Source of the DNA: Bacteroidota bacterium
Lineage (GTDB): Bacteria > Bacteroidota > Bacteroidia > Bacteroidales > VadinHA17
DNA length: 64,000 nt
Reading direction: 5' to 3'
NCBI GenBank assembly: GCA_034659275.1
Contig: JAYEGY010000029.1
Location: 1,018-65,017 of the forward strand
The notes under the pieces are model-generated. The model ran no database searches. It saw only the letters and a program-made list of their open reading frames with translations, and had not been told where the DNA came from. This document shows, one piece after another, positions 63,828 through 64,000 of the stretch (positions are counted from its first letter, which is position 1; each line of letters begins with the position of its first letter). The translations under genes were made by a program, and so were the position numbers.

Positions 63828-64000
63828 ATGGAATTTATAATTAAAAGAAAGACCCTTATCAGTATGCTCTTTATAGGGCTGTCATTACTTGGCTATGTAT
63901 CCTATCAGCAACTGCAGGTTGAGCTTTATCCCAATGCCCAACTGCCAACATTAATAGTCCAGGTAAGCTCTATGCTTGAGGTCGATCCTTCATATATCGA
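63828..64000 (+). CDS. Second RND permease (3'-truncated by window edge)
   Basis: MEFIIKRKTLISMLFIGLSLLGYVSYQQLQVELYPNAQLP, an RND-type N-terminus. Confidence 0.8.
   Translation, partial: MEFIIKRKTLISMLFIGLSLLGYVSYQQLQVELYPNAQLPTLIVQVSSMLEVDPSYI

Overview
Chromosomal window (AT-rich) from a Bacteroidota bacterium, most likely Bacteroidales-related. The assignment rests on TAnnTTTG -7 promoter boxes, the lpxC-fabZ fusion, T9SS-CTD and GSCFA proteins, and the conserved sigma54-activator/lptE/secG/groESL block. Core genes: exbB-exbD-exbD, tRNA-Arg(CCG), leuS, purN, acpP-fabF-rnc, an RprX/RprY-like two-component pair, lepA, groESL, kdsB, sufBCDSE-DUF59-queG, HD-lpxD-lpxC/fabZ-lpxA, and an ABC + TolC/RND export operon running off the right end. 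About 25.4-36.4 kb is accessory and visibly decaying (deletion-fused anti-sigma gene, deleted DUF3078, broken AGE-epimerase and glycoside hydrolase). The most interesting signal is non-coding. Upstream of the two-component pair lies a candidate sigma54-driven, two-module, terminator-ended small RNA whose modules are antisense to Bacteroidota-type start regions. A perfectly complementary 12-mer sits on the other side of the pair, in the lepA 3' region (possible sponge). Also notable: a ThiL homolog lacking its catalytic aspartate motifs, a possibly chimeric LeuS, a secreted caspase-like cluster, and several REP/MITE/heptamer repeats. No CRISPR array, rRNA, transposase or integrase was seen. All family calls come from motif recognition by eye; no database searches were run.
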